Of a stretch of DNA of 64,000 nt, positions 1-10,688 are shown piece by piece; the stretch's first letter is position 1; each line of letters begins with the position of its first letter. The notes below the pieces were generated by a model, which was not told the origin of the DNA, did not search any database, and saw only the letters and a list, made by a program, of their open reading frames with translations. Both the position numbers and the translations under genes were made by a program. Location of the stretch: the NCBI GenBank assembly GCA_030637515.1, contig DAOWGM010000155.1:12532-76531 (forward strand). Reading direction: 5' to 3'. The stretch is from Bacteroidales bacterium (lineage in GTDB: Bacteria; Bacteroidota; Bacteroidia; Bacteroidales; UBA12077).

Positions 1-3000
1 GATATTAACGAAATTTCACTAACTGCATCAGAAAGGATTGTGTCAAAGAGTCCGTATTTTGATTCATATCATAACATCACCATGGGTTTTGATCGTTTAT
101 TATGGAAAACAGACGACACCAAAATTTACTTTACAAAACGTCGTGGTGCAGCTATTGGAAATGCTACATACACATCTTCAAATTTCTATGATCTTATAGA
201 ATTTGAAAGAATTATGATGCGCGATGATTTTCACCCACTACTTGTAATTAGAAATTTTTCTAAAAGAATTGGTTCTGAAGAATTTTTTGGTGAAGAATTA
301 GCTCGATTTCTTGGATATGATGATTATCAGATAAAGCAAATGCTTATGTTTTTAAGTGTTGATGGTTTTATTTTTTATGATACAGATGAAGACAGGGTTA
401 AAATAAAAAAGAAACTCTATGACTTTATTGAGGCTCGATTCGGGAATATTGATTACGACGTAATTAAATTTAATTCAGTTACCGAAGACTTAACTCACAA
501 CGGAATTCTAAATCTAAAAACCAAAGACCTTGAAATTTACGGTGTACCTCAAATATTCCTTTCCGATTCTCAAAATGTTGTAATCTATCCTAAAAATCAG
601 AAGATTGTAATGAAAAAGAACCGAGATTTTAATTTTGGTGGTATAATTGATGCAGGATTATTTACATTTTTCGGACAAGAATTTGATTTTAGTTACGACA
701 CTTTTAAAATCAACCTTCATAACATTGATTCATTAAGAATTAGAGTACAAACAGATGAACGCGATATGTACAATAATCCTGTATTAGCACATATTAAAAA
801 TACTGTTGAGATAATTACAGGAGAACTACTTATCGACAATCCAAATAATAAATCAGGACTACTTAAGTATCCTCAATATCCTGTTTTTAAAAGTAATGAA
901 AACTCATTTGTATACTATGATGCTTCTACAATTTTTAATGGAGTGTACAAACGTGACAGCTTCTATTTTGAATTAGATCCGTTTACAATTGATAGTCTTG
1001 ACAACTTTAAACCGGAAGGATTAAGATTTGATGGAAATTTTAGTTCAACAAATATATTCCCACCCTTCGATGATGCAATATATATAAGACCTGACTTCTC
1101 TCTTGGTTTTAGGAGAAGTACTCCTGAAGAAGGATTTCCACTTTATTCAGGAAAAGGAACCTATTATGATATAATTGATTTAAGTAACCGAGGATTAAAA
1201 GGTTCCGGAACACTTGAATATCTTACAACTTCAACAAAAACAGATAGTATTATTTTCTTCCCGGATTCTACCAAGATTCTGGCTACAGATTTTACTATTG
1301 CTCAAAAATCCAGTGGAATTGAATTTCCAAATGTAGCTTCAACCGATGTATATATTACATGGTATCCATATGACGATATTATGAAGGCAGAACCTACAAA
1401 AGGACCATTTAATATGTATGGTAATAATTCGTTATTTTCAGGTGCACTCATAATAAAACCAACAGGATTAAGTGGTGGTGGAATAATGAATCTAGAAAAA
1501 GCAGAGTTACGATCAAATCTATTTAGTTTTGAAGCAAACTCCTTTAGTTCTGATACAACGAGCTTTAGCCTCAAATCACTTAATAAGTCTGATTTTAACT
1601 TTATAACCGAAAATCTTAAAGGCAAAATCGATTTTAGCTCACAATCAGGAAACTTCAGTTCAAACGAATCCTTTACGCTTGCGCAATTTCCAAAAAATCT
1701 TTACGTAAGTTACCTTGATAAATTCGATTGGGATATTACGAAGGATGAATTAGCAATAGTATCAAGCCCTCAGATTGACACAACCGCATCGGAAGAAGTT
1801 CAAAAGCTTGCCGAATTAAAAGATGATGATCTTCCAGGTGCACTGTATATGTCAATTCACCGAAGCCAGGATTCCCTTCGATTTTCTTCAACTAAAGCTG
1901 TTTATAGTTTAAAAGACAGCACTATTTTAGCAACCGAAGTTGAATATATTAAAGTTGCAGATGCACTTGTTTATCCAGATGAGAAAGATGTAACCATTGG
2001 TCATATGGCTAAAATTAGCACTTTACAAAAAGCTGAAATTATTGCTAATTCTGAAAATAGATTTCACAGAATTTTTAATGCAAAAGTAAATGTTAAAGGT
2101 CGATACAATTACACAGGTACAGGAGATTACGATTACGAAGACGAGAATGGTGATATTCAGAATATCCACTATACTGATATTTTTATTGATAGTTCATACC
2201 AAACAGTTGCAAAAGGTAGAATTAATGTAGAAGATAATTTCACATTAAGCCCTGTTTTTCAATTTCAGGGTGAGGCAATTCTGTACGCAAATAGAAAGCA
2301 TTTAACTTTCAAGGGAGGTGTAAACCTGGAACATAATTGTCCTGAAACTGGTAAACATTTTGCATATTTTGAAAGTGAAATAAACCCTGATAGCGTTTAT
2401 ATTCCTATATCAAATACTACGCAAAGCATTACAGGACGCGGTTTATTTGCAGCCTCTTTTATAACAAAAGATTCATCGCATATTTATTCCAGATTTATTG
2501 ATAGACGAAGAGATCCTAATGATGTTGCTTTAATTAGAGCAAGCGGGTTTTTATATTATAATAAGAACTCAAATAAGTACATTGTAGCTGAAAAATCGAA
2601 ACTTGATGATCCTGATACTACAGGTAATCTAGTAAATCTCCATAAAGACTTTTGTATACAACATGCTGAAGGGAAAGTTGATCTTGGAATAGAACTTGGA
2701 CAAGTAAAATTAAATCAAGCAGGATCTGTAAATCATTTACTCGATATAAATGAAATAAAAACAGAACTAATCATAGCACTTGATTTCTTTTTCTCTGAAG
2801 ATGCACTGGATACACTTGTAAGTGAAATACAATCGTCTCGCTTATTACAACCTATGAGCAGCTCATCCAGATTTTTCGAAAAAAACATGAACGAACTTGT
2901 AGGGAATAAAGACTACAAAGAGTTTAATAACCAAATTATGTTGTATGCAAACGAAGCCAAATTGCCTGCATCTACGCAGCATACCTTTGTTCTTGGGAAT

Positions 3001-3507
3001 GTTAAATTGCAATGGCATACCGAAACTGGTTCGTACTTAAATTATGGAAAAATTGGAATTGCAACCATTAATAACAAACCTGTAAACAAGTATGTAGAAG
3101 GATACTTTCAGTTACTTAAGAGGCGAAGTGGTGATTTAATGAAATTCTATTTTGAGTTACCAAACAACGAGTATTACTATTTCACCTACTCACGTGGAGT
3201 AATGCAAACTCTTTCTAATAATCAGGATTTTGTTGATGCAATACAAAATATAAAGAAAAAAGCAAGAAAGCAAAGAACACCAAGAGGAGAAACACCTTAC
3301 AGATACATTATTGCCACCGAACAAAACAAAACGCAGTTTATTCGTAATATGAGATTATTTGAAGAAGCTCAAATTGCAAAAGAAGAAGAACTTAAAGAAC
3401 AAGAACAGCAAGAGGTTCCAGCTGAGAAAATACAAGAACAAGAAATTCCTATGGAAGAAAATAAACAAATTAGCGAAGAAGAAGGTAATAATGAAGAAGG
3501 AACTTAA
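1..3507 (+). CDS. Large beta-rich hypothetical protein, 5'-truncated by the window edge
   Basis: The frame is open from base 1 (GAT ATT AAC...) into the 1155-aa ORF, so the true start is upstream. Acidic C-terminal tail. No catalytic motif recognised. Confidence 0.8.
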   Translation, partial: DINEISLTASERIVSKSPYFDSYHNITMGFDRLLWKTDDTKIYFTKRRGAAIGNATYTSSNFYDLIEFERIMMRDDFHPLLVIRNFSKRIGSEEFFGEELARFLGYDDYQIKQMLMFLSVDGFIFYDTDEDRVKIKKKLYDFIEARFGNIDYDVIKFNSVTEDLTHNGILNLKTKDLEIYGVPQIFLSDSQNVVIYPKNQKIVMKKNRDFNFGGIIDAGLFTFFGQEFDFSYDTFKINLHNIDSLRIRVQTDERDMYNNPVLAHIKNTVEIITGELLIDNPNNKSGLLKYPQYPVFKSNENSFVYYDASTIFNGVYKRDSFYFELDPFTIDSLDNFKPEGLRFDGNFSSTNIFPPFDDAIYIRPDFSLGFRRSTPEEGFPLYSGKGTYYDIIDLSNRGLKGSGTLEYLTTSTKTDSIIFFPDSTKILATDFTIAQKSSGIEFPNVASTDVYITWYPYDDIMKAEPTKGPFNMYGNNSLFSGALIIKPTGLSGGGIMNLEKAELRSNLFSFEANSFSSDTTSFSLKSLNKSDFNFITENLKGKIDFSSQSGNFSSNESFTLAQFPKNLYVSYLDKFDWDITKDELAIVSSPQIDTTASEEVQKLAELKDDDLPGALYMSIHRSQDSLRFSSTKAVYSLKDSTILATEVEYIKVADALVYPDEKDVTIGHMAKISTLQKAEIIANSENRFHRIFNAKVNVKGRYNYTGTGDYDYEDENGDIQNIHYTDIFIDSSYQTVAKGRINVEDNFTLSPVFQFQGEAILYANRKHLTFKGGVNLEHNCPETGKHFAYFESEINPDSVYIPISNTTQSITGRGLFAASFITKDSSHIYSRFIDRRRDPNDVALIRASGFLYYNKNSNKYIVAEKSKLDDPDTTGNLVNLHKDFCIQHAEGKVDLGIELGQVKLNQAGSVNHLLDINEIKTELIIALDFFFSEDALDTLVSEIQSSRLLQPMSSSSRFFEKNMNELVGNKDYKEFNNQIMLYANEAKLPASTQHTFVLGNVKLQWHTETGSYLNYGKIGIATINNKPVNKYVEGYFQLLKRRSGDLMKFYFELPNNEYYYFTYSRGVMQTLSNNQDFVDAIQNIKKKARKQRTPRGETPYRYIIATEQNKTQFIRNMRLFEEAQIAKEEELKEQEQQEVPAEKIQEQEIPMEENKQISEEEGNNEEGT

Positions 3508-3575
3508 ACAGTTTTAAACAAAGGTAATTTACATCAAGGAAATGCCAATGTAATTATGCGAATTGCACGAAAAAT

Positions 3576-4070
3576 CTAATTTCGGTTTATCTCAAACACT
3601 TCTAATTCTTTAATCTCTTTTCCAATAATATTAAAACGAACAGCTGTTTTAACTTTATGCATTCCCGATTTTCCTGCGGCACCCGGATTTATATGTAACA
3701 ACTCGTTCTTATTGTCATAGATTACTTTTAAAATATGTGAGTGCCCCGATATAAAAAGATTCGGTTTCATTTTTTCAATAAGCACTTTCATTTCTTTTTC
3801 ATATTTCCCGGGATAACCACCAATATGTGTCATTAGCACTTTTACTTCTTCACAGTCAAAAGACTGAATCTTAGGGTAAACTGTTCTTACATCCTGACCA
3901 TCAATATTGCCATATACTGCTTTTAGTGGTTTTAAATCCGATATCGTATCTGCAGTTTCAATATTCCCAATATCTCCTGCATGCCATATTTCATCACAAT
4001 CCTTGAAAAAATCCAAAATCTTTTCATCAATAAAAGTATGCGTATCCGACAATAAACCAATTCTTTTCAT
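3576..4070 (-). CDS. Metallophosphoesterase, YfcE/MJ0936 family
   Basis: Motifs SDTH, HAGD, GNID, GHSH and NPG. Confidence 0.9.
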   Translation of the reverse strand: MKRIGLLSDTHTFIDEKILDFFKDCDEIWHAGDIGNIETADTISDLKPLKAVYGNIDGQDVRTVYPKIQSFDCEEVKVLMTHIGGYPGKYEKEMKVLIEKMKPNLFISGHSHILKVIYDNKNELLHINPGAAGKSGMHKVKTAVRFNIIGKEIKELEVFEINRN

Positions 4071-4092
4071 TTAAAAATTCCTTATCAATGAT

Positions 4093-4123
4093 TATATTTG
4101 TTTACGACTAAAATACAAAGATA
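4093..4123. promoter_or_regulatory. Candidate overlapping divergent Bacteroidota sigma70 -7 elements
   Basis: TATATTTG on + (4093-4100, toward rsmE) and TATCTTTG on - (4116-4123, toward the phosphoesterase). Both match TAnnTTTG. Confidence 0.5.
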
Positions 4124-4124
4124 G

Positions 4125-4826
4125 ATGCATTTATTCTACACTCCCGACATTTCTGAAGAAACTTATACTTTAAATGAAATTGAATCGAAACACTGCATTA
4201 AAGTATTGCGACTAAATACAAATGATCAGATTGAATTAATTGATGGAAAAGGCTCGTTTTATAAAGCAAAGATCATTGATCCAAATCCAAAGAAATGCAA
4301 AATTGAAATTACCAAAACCATTCATGAATTTGGTAAAAGAAATCACTATTTACATATAGCAATTGCTCCAACAAAAAATATAGATCGCTTTGAATGGTTT
4401 CTTGAAAAAGCAACGGAAATAGGAATTGACGAAGTAACACCTCTCCTATGCGATCATTCTGAAAGAAAGGGGATTAAGAACGAAAGACTCGAAAAAATAA
4501 TCATTTCCGCCGTTAAACAATCAATAAAAGCGTATAAACCTAAATTGAATCCATTAACGAAGTATGGCGATTTTATAAAACAAAATTTTGATGGAACAAA
4601 ATTCATTGCACATTGTGAAGAAAATGAAAAACAAAGCTTAAAGGCAAATTATAAAACCGGAAGCAATTCATTAATTCTTATTGGTCCAGAAGGAGATTTC
4701 AGTCCTGAAGAAATAAATCTTGCAAAAAAATACGATTTTCTTGAAACTAATCTTGGAGATAGCCGTCTTAGAACGGAAACTGCAGGAATTATTGCCTGCC
4801 ATACTATAAATTTATTAAACGAATAA
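4125..4826 (+). CDS. rsmE: 16S rRNA m3U1498 methyltransferase
   Basis: HCIKVLRL, EKATEIG, IGPEGDF and LRTETA SPOUT motifs. Confidence 0.95.
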   Translation: MHLFYTPDISEETYTLNEIESKHCIKVLRLNTNDQIELIDGKGSFYKAKIIDPNPKKCKIEITKTIHEFGKRNHYLHIAIAPTKNIDRFEWFLEKATEIGIDEVTPLLCDHSERKGIKNERLEKIIISAVKQSIKAYKPKLNPLTKYGDFIKQNFDGTKFIAHCEENEKQSLKANYKTGSNSLILIGPEGDFSPEEINLAKKYDFLETNLGDSRLRTETAGIIACHTINLLNE

Positions 4827-4832
4827 GCAAAA

Positions 4833-4925
4833 CAAGTTAAAAGTTAAAGGTTAAAGGTTAAAAAGTAAAAAACTAAGAGCCAATAGCAAAAGACAAAGGA
4901 CAAAAGAGAAAAGAGAAAAGAAGAA
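4833..4925 (+). repeat. Degenerate tandem heptamer tract
   Basis: CAAGTTA AAAGTTA AAGGTTA AAGGTTA ... AAAGACA AAGGACA AAAGAGA AAAGAGA; 7-nt period. Confidence 0.7.
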
Positions 4926-4964
4926 AAATAAAAATTCAAAAAACAAATCTATAATAACAGTATT

Positions 4965-6779
4965 ATGAAAAAAATTTGGAAAGTATTAAAATACACGATT
5001 TTAGCAGTGTTTTTTGTATTAATAATATTTATTGTAAATCTAATTTGGTTTAAACCCTTTTCTATAAATCATTTTTACGAAAAAGTATTTGTTGAATTCA
5101 TGTTAGAAGAACCTGAATTGGTTTCTTCTATAGGAGTTCCAATTCTTAGCGGAATATATAATGATGAACTTGGAGATATTTCTCTTGAGAAACAACTTGA
5201 ACAGCAAAAAGATCTCGAAAAAAATCTTACCACACTTAAAAGCTATAAAAAAGATAAACAATCTGAGCAACAACTGTTGAGTACAAAAATTCTTGAATGG
5301 TTCTTAGGTGATATGGTAAATTCCAATCCATTTTATCTACACAATTATCCTGTAAACCAGTCGTCTGGAATGCAGAGTGGAATGCTTAGTTTCATGGAAA
5401 GTAGCCATAATATAAATTCTGAGAAAGAAGCAATAGCATATATTAAAAGACTGGAAGCTTTTAAAACAAAATTTGATCAACTTTTGGAAGGATTAAAAGC
5501 TCGCGAAGAGCTGAATATTATCCCTCCTAAATTCGTTATTGAAAAGGTTGTTACAGAAATGACCAACTATGTTAATTCGCCAATGGAAGAAAATATATTG
5601 TATGAATCGTTTAATTCAAAAATTAATAAACTTGATGATTTAGAGGATAAGGAAACATTATTGGAAAATGTAAAAACAGCCATAAACACTTCAGTATTTC
5701 CTGCTTATCAAAGTTTAATTGACTATTTTACTGAATTAGAAGCCAAAGCCACAAACGAAGATGGCGTATGGAAATTCCCTGATGGTGATGAATATTATGC
5801 ATATCAGGTTAGAAGCCATACTACATTGAATATAACACCTGAAGAAGTTCATAACATTGGTATTAACGAAGTTGCACGTATTCAAAAAGAAATGAAAATG
5901 GTATTATACAATTTAGGATATACCGATACTACCGAAAATATTAGTTTCTATATGAATGAGCTTTCCAATAACCCTGAATTTATTTATGAGGATTCTGACG
6001 AAGGCAGAGAACAATGTCTATCTGATTATAACAAAATGATAGATGAAATTAACTTAAAAATTGACGACTATTTTAATGTTAAACCTAAAGCAGAATTAGA
6101 AATTAAGCGAGTTCCGTTATTTAATGAAGCAACTTCACCCGGAGGATATTACTCGATGGCTCCCATGGATGGATCAAGACCAGGAACTTTCTACGTTAAT
6201 TTACACGACATAAAAGGAAGCTTGAAATATGCAATGGCTACTCTGGCATTTCATGAAGGCGTTCCTGGTCATCATTTTCAGATCTCAGTTGCTTCGGAAC
6301 TTACAGGAGTACCTACTTTCCGTAAACTTGTACCGTTTACAGCTTATGCAGAAGGCTGGGCAATGTACTCAGAACAATTAGCATACGAAATGGGATATTA
6401 TACCGATAAACCTTATGCTAATTTAGGTCGTTTGCAATCTGAGCTATTTCGTGCTGTGAGACTAGTTGTTGATAGCGGAATACATTATAAAAGATGGACA
6501 CGCGAAGAAGCCATTGAATATATGAGTACCAATACCGGAATGATTGAAAGCGAAGTAATTTCTGAAATTGAACGTTACATTGTAACACCGGGACAAGCCT
6601 GCGCTTATAAAATTGGAATGATAAAAGTGTTGCAGTTAAGAGAACATGCAATGACAGAATTAAAAGACAAATTCGATATTAAAGAATTTCATGATGTTAT
6701 ACTAAAAAATGGAGCTGTTCCTTTGGATATTTTGGAAGAATTGGTGAATGATTATATTGATTCGAAAAAGGCTTTGTAA
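4965..6779 (+). CDS. DUF885 family protein (putative zinc metallopeptidase), N-terminally anchored
   Basis: HEGVPGHHFQ, EGWAMYSE and PGQACAYKIG motifs; N-terminal hydrophobic segment. Confidence 0.9.
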   Translation: MKKIWKVLKYTILAVFFVLIIFIVNLIWFKPFSINHFYEKVFVEFMLEEPELVSSIGVPILSGIYNDELGDISLEKQLEQQKDLEKNLTTLKSYKKDKQSEQQLLSTKILEWFLGDMVNSNPFYLHNYPVNQSSGMQSGMLSFMESSHNINSEKEAIAYIKRLEAFKTKFDQLLEGLKAREELNIIPPKFVIEKVVTEMTNYVNSPMEENILYESFNSKINKLDDLEDKETLLENVKTAINTSVFPAYQSLIDYFTELEAKATNEDGVWKFPDGDEYYAYQVRSHTTLNITPEEVHNIGINEVARIQKEMKMVLYNLGYTDTTENISFYMNELSNNPEFIYEDSDEGREQCLSDYNKMIDEINLKIDDYFNVKPKAELEIKRVPLFNEATSPGGYYSMAPMDGSRPGTFYVNLHDIKGSLKYAMATLAFHEGVPGHHFQISVASELTGVPTFRKLVPFTAYAEGWAMYSEQLAYEMGYYTDKPYANLGRLQSELFRAVRLVVDSGIHYKRWTREEAIEYMSTNTGMIESEVISEIERYIVTPGQACAYKIGMIKVLQLREHAMTELKDKFDIKEFHDVILKNGAVPLDILEELVNDYIDSKKAL

Positions 6780-6814
6780 GAATAAGTTACAGACAATGTT
6801 TAATTTAAACACAC

Positions 6815-6846
6815 AAATGGCGCAAGCATCTCTGCTTGTGCCATTT
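6815..6846. terminator. Hairpin between convergent genes (terminator or REP-like)
   Basis: AAATGGCGCAAGCA-tctc-TGCTTGTGCCATTT; 14-bp stem with one G-U pair. Confidence 0.65.
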
Positions 6847-6871
6847 TGAGTTTCACTTTGAGATAAAAATT

Positions 6872-7819
6872 TTACTTTTTAATAAACTCAATAATAGAAC
6901 TTACCAAAATACTATTTAAAGGCAATTCAGGATTGCTGTAAGTGGCTATATTCTTAAGTCTGTCAATTTCAACATCTTTAAAAATATGATTCATTCCTTT
7001 AATTATAACAGTTTCAGCATTTGGATTAGCCAGTTTTAAAAGCTCGGCATCCTGCATTCCTATTTGAATATCAGTTGTTCCTTGAACAATTAATACAGGC
7101 TTTTTAAGTTTAGCGATTTCAATTCCAGGATCAATCTTCATCCACGAAATTAAATAAGCTTGAATCGATTCCCTGAAAAGATTATTTAAATACTGTGGAA
7201 CGTTATTTACCATTTCTCCTGCCTTTAAACTGTCAAGTATAGGATCGGCAGCTTCTCTAACAAATAATGGTTGAGCTTTAAACTGTTCCTTTATAAGCTT
7301 ATCAACCGATTTCCCTGCTCCTGCTAAAGAAACATATTTGTCAACATGCTTATTTTGAGAAGCAATCATCCCAATCAGAGAACCTTCACTGTGACCAATT
7401 ACAATAATCTCATTAAATCGCTTATCTTTTCTTAGCTTATTAACCCATAATTTAGCGTCATTAATATAATAATCAAAACGGAGATCTGCTTCTTCAATAG
7501 TATTATTTGAACTTTTACCAACTCCTCTTTTATCATATCGAAGCGAAGCAATACCTTTCTCAGAAAGATTTTTTGCCAGCATTTTATAAGAATTATTATC
7601 ACCTGCTTGACTATTATTTCCATTTCTGTCTGTAGGTCCCGATCCGGCAATAATTAAAGCAATTGGAACTTTGCCAGATACATCCGGAAGCAATAAAGTT
7701 CCTTCAATATTACAACTTTCAGCTTCCAGAGTAACTATTTCTTCTGTTTGCCCGTTGATAATCATACTACTTAAAAAGCAGAATGAAAGTATCAAACAGA
7801 TTCGAAGAAAATTAGTCAT
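6872..7819 (-). CDS. Secreted alpha/beta hydrolase
   Basis: Signal peptide; GSGPTDRNGN, GHSEG nucleophile elbow, D and H (MNH) of the triad. Confidence 0.9.
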   Translation of the reverse strand: MTNFLRICLILSFCFLSSMIINGQTEEIVTLEAESCNIEGTLLLPDVSGKVPIALIIAGSGPTDRNGNNSQAGDNNSYKMLAKNLSEKGIASLRYDKRGVGKSSNNTIEEADLRFDYYINDAKLWVNKLRKDKRFNEIIVIGHSEGSLIGMIASQNKHVDKYVSLAGAGKSVDKLIKEQFKAQPLFVREAADPILDSLKAGEMVNNVPQYLNNLFRESIQAYLISWMKIDPGIEIAKLKKPVLIVQGTTDIQIGMQDAELLKLANPNAETVIIKGMNHIFKDVEIDRLKNIATYSNPELPLNSILVSSIIEFIKK

Positions 7820-7826
7820 ATTATTT

Positions 7827-8786
7827 CTATTTTATGTTTTCAATCTTAATTCTTTTGAAAAAACGTCCTGTTATTAAAACAAAAAGTAATAATAAAAAGT
7901 GAATAACAGTTAAAATCAAAGGATGTGGCATAAAAACAATTGCCAAATTTATAGAAGCGTGAAAAAATATTAGTACCAACACATTTCCGTTTGTTTTATT
8001 ATAAAACCATGTGGCAAAAAAAGAAGCAATAATTGTCCATATAACAACACTTGGGATTTGCTGAACCAAATAATTTTCAACTAACACAAAATATCCAATA
8101 TGCCATATTGTCCACACTATTGAAATGAATATTGTAGCTACGAACGGATTAAATTTTAGCTGCAATTTTTGCAAAGCATATCCGCGCCATCCAATTTCTT
8201 CTCCAATAGCTGCATAAAATATTATTGAAAACAGAAATAGTGGAATAATTGAAATAAAATTAAATTGCGGTAATTCAAAATGAGTTGGAAATAGCTTTGT
8301 TGATAAAAAAACACCAATAAATTTAAGAAGTGGGTAAAGAGCAACTGCTAAAACATACCAAATTATTTTTGTTTTTGGTATATGAATAAGTTTATCAATT
8401 GCTGAATTTCCTTTATTTCTTTTATAACGGAAAACAAAATAAGCAACAACGATTGCAAGTAAAGCAATTATCGACGGATTTGCCAACAACAACTTATCAA
8501 TTCTAATTTCATAGTATGATTTACCGTAAAAAATTGCAATAATCAGAATACAGGCAAAAACAACTATTAAAGGAAGATATGATTGTATCTTTATGTTTTT
8601 GCTATCTGTTTTTAAAACTAAGCTCAGAATTATAGCAACTAAAGCCGGTCCAAAATACCCTAGTTGAGTAAAAAGCATTTTCAAAGTTCCCGATTGCTCT
8701 TTTGCTATAATCCAGCTACTTATTGATATTGCAATAGTAAAAATACTAAACCAAATAAACTGATGCTTCTTAATAACTTTTATCAT
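7827..8786 (-). CDS. CPBP (CAAX/Abi) family intramembrane glutamic protease
   Basis: EEIGWRG, WxxWH and HASIN motifs; many TM helices. ATG at 8786 preferred over the overlapping upstream start. Confidence 0.9.
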   Translation of the reverse strand: MIKVIKKHQFIWFSIFTIAISISSWIIAKEQSGTLKMLFTQLGYFGPALVAIILSLVLKTDSKNIKIQSYLPLIVVFACILIIAIFYGKSYYEIRIDKLLLANPSIIALLAIVVAYFVFRYKRNKGNSAIDKLIHIPKTKIIWYVLAVALYPLLKFIGVFLSTKLFPTHFELPQFNFISIIPLFLFSIIFYAAIGEEIGWRGYALQKLQLKFNPFVATIFISIVWTIWHIGYFVLVENYLVQQIPSVVIWTIIASFFATWFYNKTNGNVLVLIFFHASINLAIVFMPHPLILTVIHFLLLLFVLITGRFFKRIKIENIK

Positions 8787-8799
8787 TACTATATTCCGT

Positions 8800-9012
8800 T
8801 TAGTTAGTAAAGAAATCAACTACATTTCCAAACTTATTACTTGGAGTTTTGTAAAGCTCAGTATATTGACATTTTGAGCAAGTAACAGTGGTAAATTTAA
8901 TATTCTGAATATTAAAAAGTTTCATCATAAAACTTCCCGTAGTGCGTATCTCTCCCACTTCGTACTGGCGACTATTACACTTTGGACATGTGTATTTATA
9001 ATTTTTATACAT
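8800..9012 (-). CDS. Small zinc-ribbon protein (CPKC...CxxCxYTELY type)
   Basis: Two CxxC pairs in 70 aa. Confidence 0.85.
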   Translation of the reverse strand: MYKNYKYTCPKCNSRQYEVGEIRTTGSFMMKLFNIQNIKFTTVTCSKCQYTELYKTPSNKFGNVVDFFTN

Positions 9013-9023
9013 AATTATTTATT

Positions 9024-9614
9024 TTAGTTTAATTTACTGTTCAATAATTCACCTATTTTAAATGTTTTATCAATTAATTTTTTATCAAGCATCCAGCCCA
9101 ATGCCATGAATACAGATAAAAACTTTTTACCCTTCAAATCTTTATTAAAATTCGGATTAATTTCATTGAATCCAATATATCGGCAATCAGTTGAGTTTAG
9201 ATATTCAATAATATTTAATTGAATTTTTGAGCTACTCAGCAACTTATGTGTTTCTATATCATTATTCGTTTCAATAAGAACCTTAGAATCGAAGCTACTG
9301 TTTCCAATTTTAAATCTCAGCCTGTTTTTACGAAAGCTCAACTTATCAAGTGAATGCCTTTTCCGAATCAACAATTTATAATTATCACGTCCCGTAACTG
9401 GAAAAAATACTCCACTGTATAATTTATATTTATCAAAATCATTACCCTGAGCGGAAATAAAATAGGAGTTTTCAATTTGATAATCCCTTATAATTACATG
9501 TCGCTCACTATGTCCATATCGGCTATTTAAAATTTTCTCATCTTTGCTATATTCCCAATTTGCACGCTTGGCAATATCTTTCAATATATCTTCAGAAGAC
9601 TTTTCTTGTTCCAT
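9024..9614 (-). CDS. Hypothetical protein
   Basis: 196-aa ORF co-oriented within the operon; no motif recognised. Confidence 0.7.
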   Translation of the reverse strand: MEQEKSSEDILKDIAKRANWEYSKDEKILNSRYGHSERHVIIRDYQIENSYFISAQGNDFDKYKLYSGVFFPVTGRDNYKLLIRKRHSLDKLSFRKNRLRFKIGNSSFDSKVLIETNNDIETHKLLSSSKIQLNIIEYLNSTDCRYIGFNEINPNFNKDLKGKKFLSVFMALGWMLDKKLIDKTFKIGELLNSKLN

Positions 9615-9626
9615 AGGATCAGTATA

Positions 9627-9806
9627 TTAATCATTTTCAGTATTTGACGAGTCAGTTCTTTTCAATCTTTTTGCATCTTTTAAAGCCTTCGTAATAATCC
9701 ATTCAAGCTGCCCGTTTGTACTCCGGAATTCATCCGCAGCCCATTTTTCCAAAGCTTTCATTTTATCTTCGTTAAGCCGGATTACAAAAGATTTTTTAGC
9801 AGGCAT
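9627..9806 (-). CDS. Arc/ribbon-helix-helix DNA-binding protein (59 aa; absent from the ORF track)
   Basis: Hand translation: MPAKKSFVIRLNEDKMKALEKWAADEFRSTNGQLEWIITKALKDAKRLKRTDSSNTEND*. It shows the RHH beta-strand (KSFVIRL) and RSxNGQ, and starts 5 nt after the SPFH stop. Confidence 0.85.
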   Translation of the reverse strand: MPAKKSFVIRLNEDKMKALEKWAADEFRSTNGQLEWIITKALKDAKRLKRTDSSNTEND

Positions 9807-9811
9807 AGTTT

Positions 9812-10666
9812 TTAATGATTTAGAGTTCCTGTGTTTACTACTGGTCTTGCTGACTCGTCAGAGCATAGAACAACCATTAAGTTACTAACCATTGCAGCTT
9901 TGCTTTCATGGTCCAATTCAATAATTTTTTTACCTGATAGTTGCTCTAAGGCAATTTCCACCATACTTACTGCACCTTCAACAATCTTATGTCGTGCAGC
10001 AACAACAGCGGTAGCTTGCTGGCGACGTAACATTGCACTTGCAATTTCTTCTGAATAAGCAATATAATTTATACGAGCTTCAATAACATGGATTCCTGCA
10101 ATTTCAAGTCTTTCCACAATTTCTTTTTCCAATTCATGATTTACTTCCTCAACGCCAGATCTCAATGTAATCTCAGCTTCCTCATCTTCGAAATTATCAT
10201 AAGGATATTTCATTGCAAGTTTACGTAATGCTGCTTCACTCTGAACAACAACAAAGTGCTCATATTCATCTACTTCAAAAGCAGCTTTATATGTATTCTC
10301 TACTTTCCATACTAAAACAACTCCAATTTTAATAGGGTTACCTACTTTATCGTTAACCTTACTTGGTTCACTATCAAAGTTTCGAGCTCTTAAAGATATT
10401 TTTTTGCGTGTGTAAAATGGATTTATCCAGAAAAACCCGTTTTCCTTAATTGAACCTTTATACGCTCCAAAAAGAACTAAAACCACAGATTCATTTGGAT
10501 TAACAATTACAAGCCCTATTAGCATAAAAATGCCAACTACAATAAAAGCTACAAACCAAGGACTATGTATGAATATTAATCCGAATATTCCTACTCCAAT
10601 AATTATTAATTCCAAAAATAGCATCAAAAAACCTGGTGCTGCAGAAAATACTTTCTCGTTTTTCAT
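9812..10666 (-). CDS. SPFH/band 7 domain membrane protein
   Basis: Two N-terminal TM helices; KVNDKVGNPI, YSEEIASAMLRRQQA and VSNLMVVLC motifs. Confidence 0.9.
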   Translation of the reverse strand: MKNEKVFSAAPGFLMLFLELIIIGVGIFGLIFIHSPWFVAFIVVGIFMLIGLVIVNPNESVVLVLFGAYKGSIKENGFFWINPFYTRKKISLRARNFDSEPSKVNDKVGNPIKIGVVLVWKVENTYKAAFEVDEYEHFVVVQSEAALRKLAMKYPYDNFEDEEAEITLRSGVEEVNHELEKEIVERLEIAGIHVIEARINYIAYSEEIASAMLRRQQATAVVAARHKIVEGAVSMVEIALEQLSGKKIIELDHESKAAMVSNLMVVLCSDESARPVVNTGTLNH

Positions 10667-10688
10667 AATCGTTTATTTAAGTTAATTA

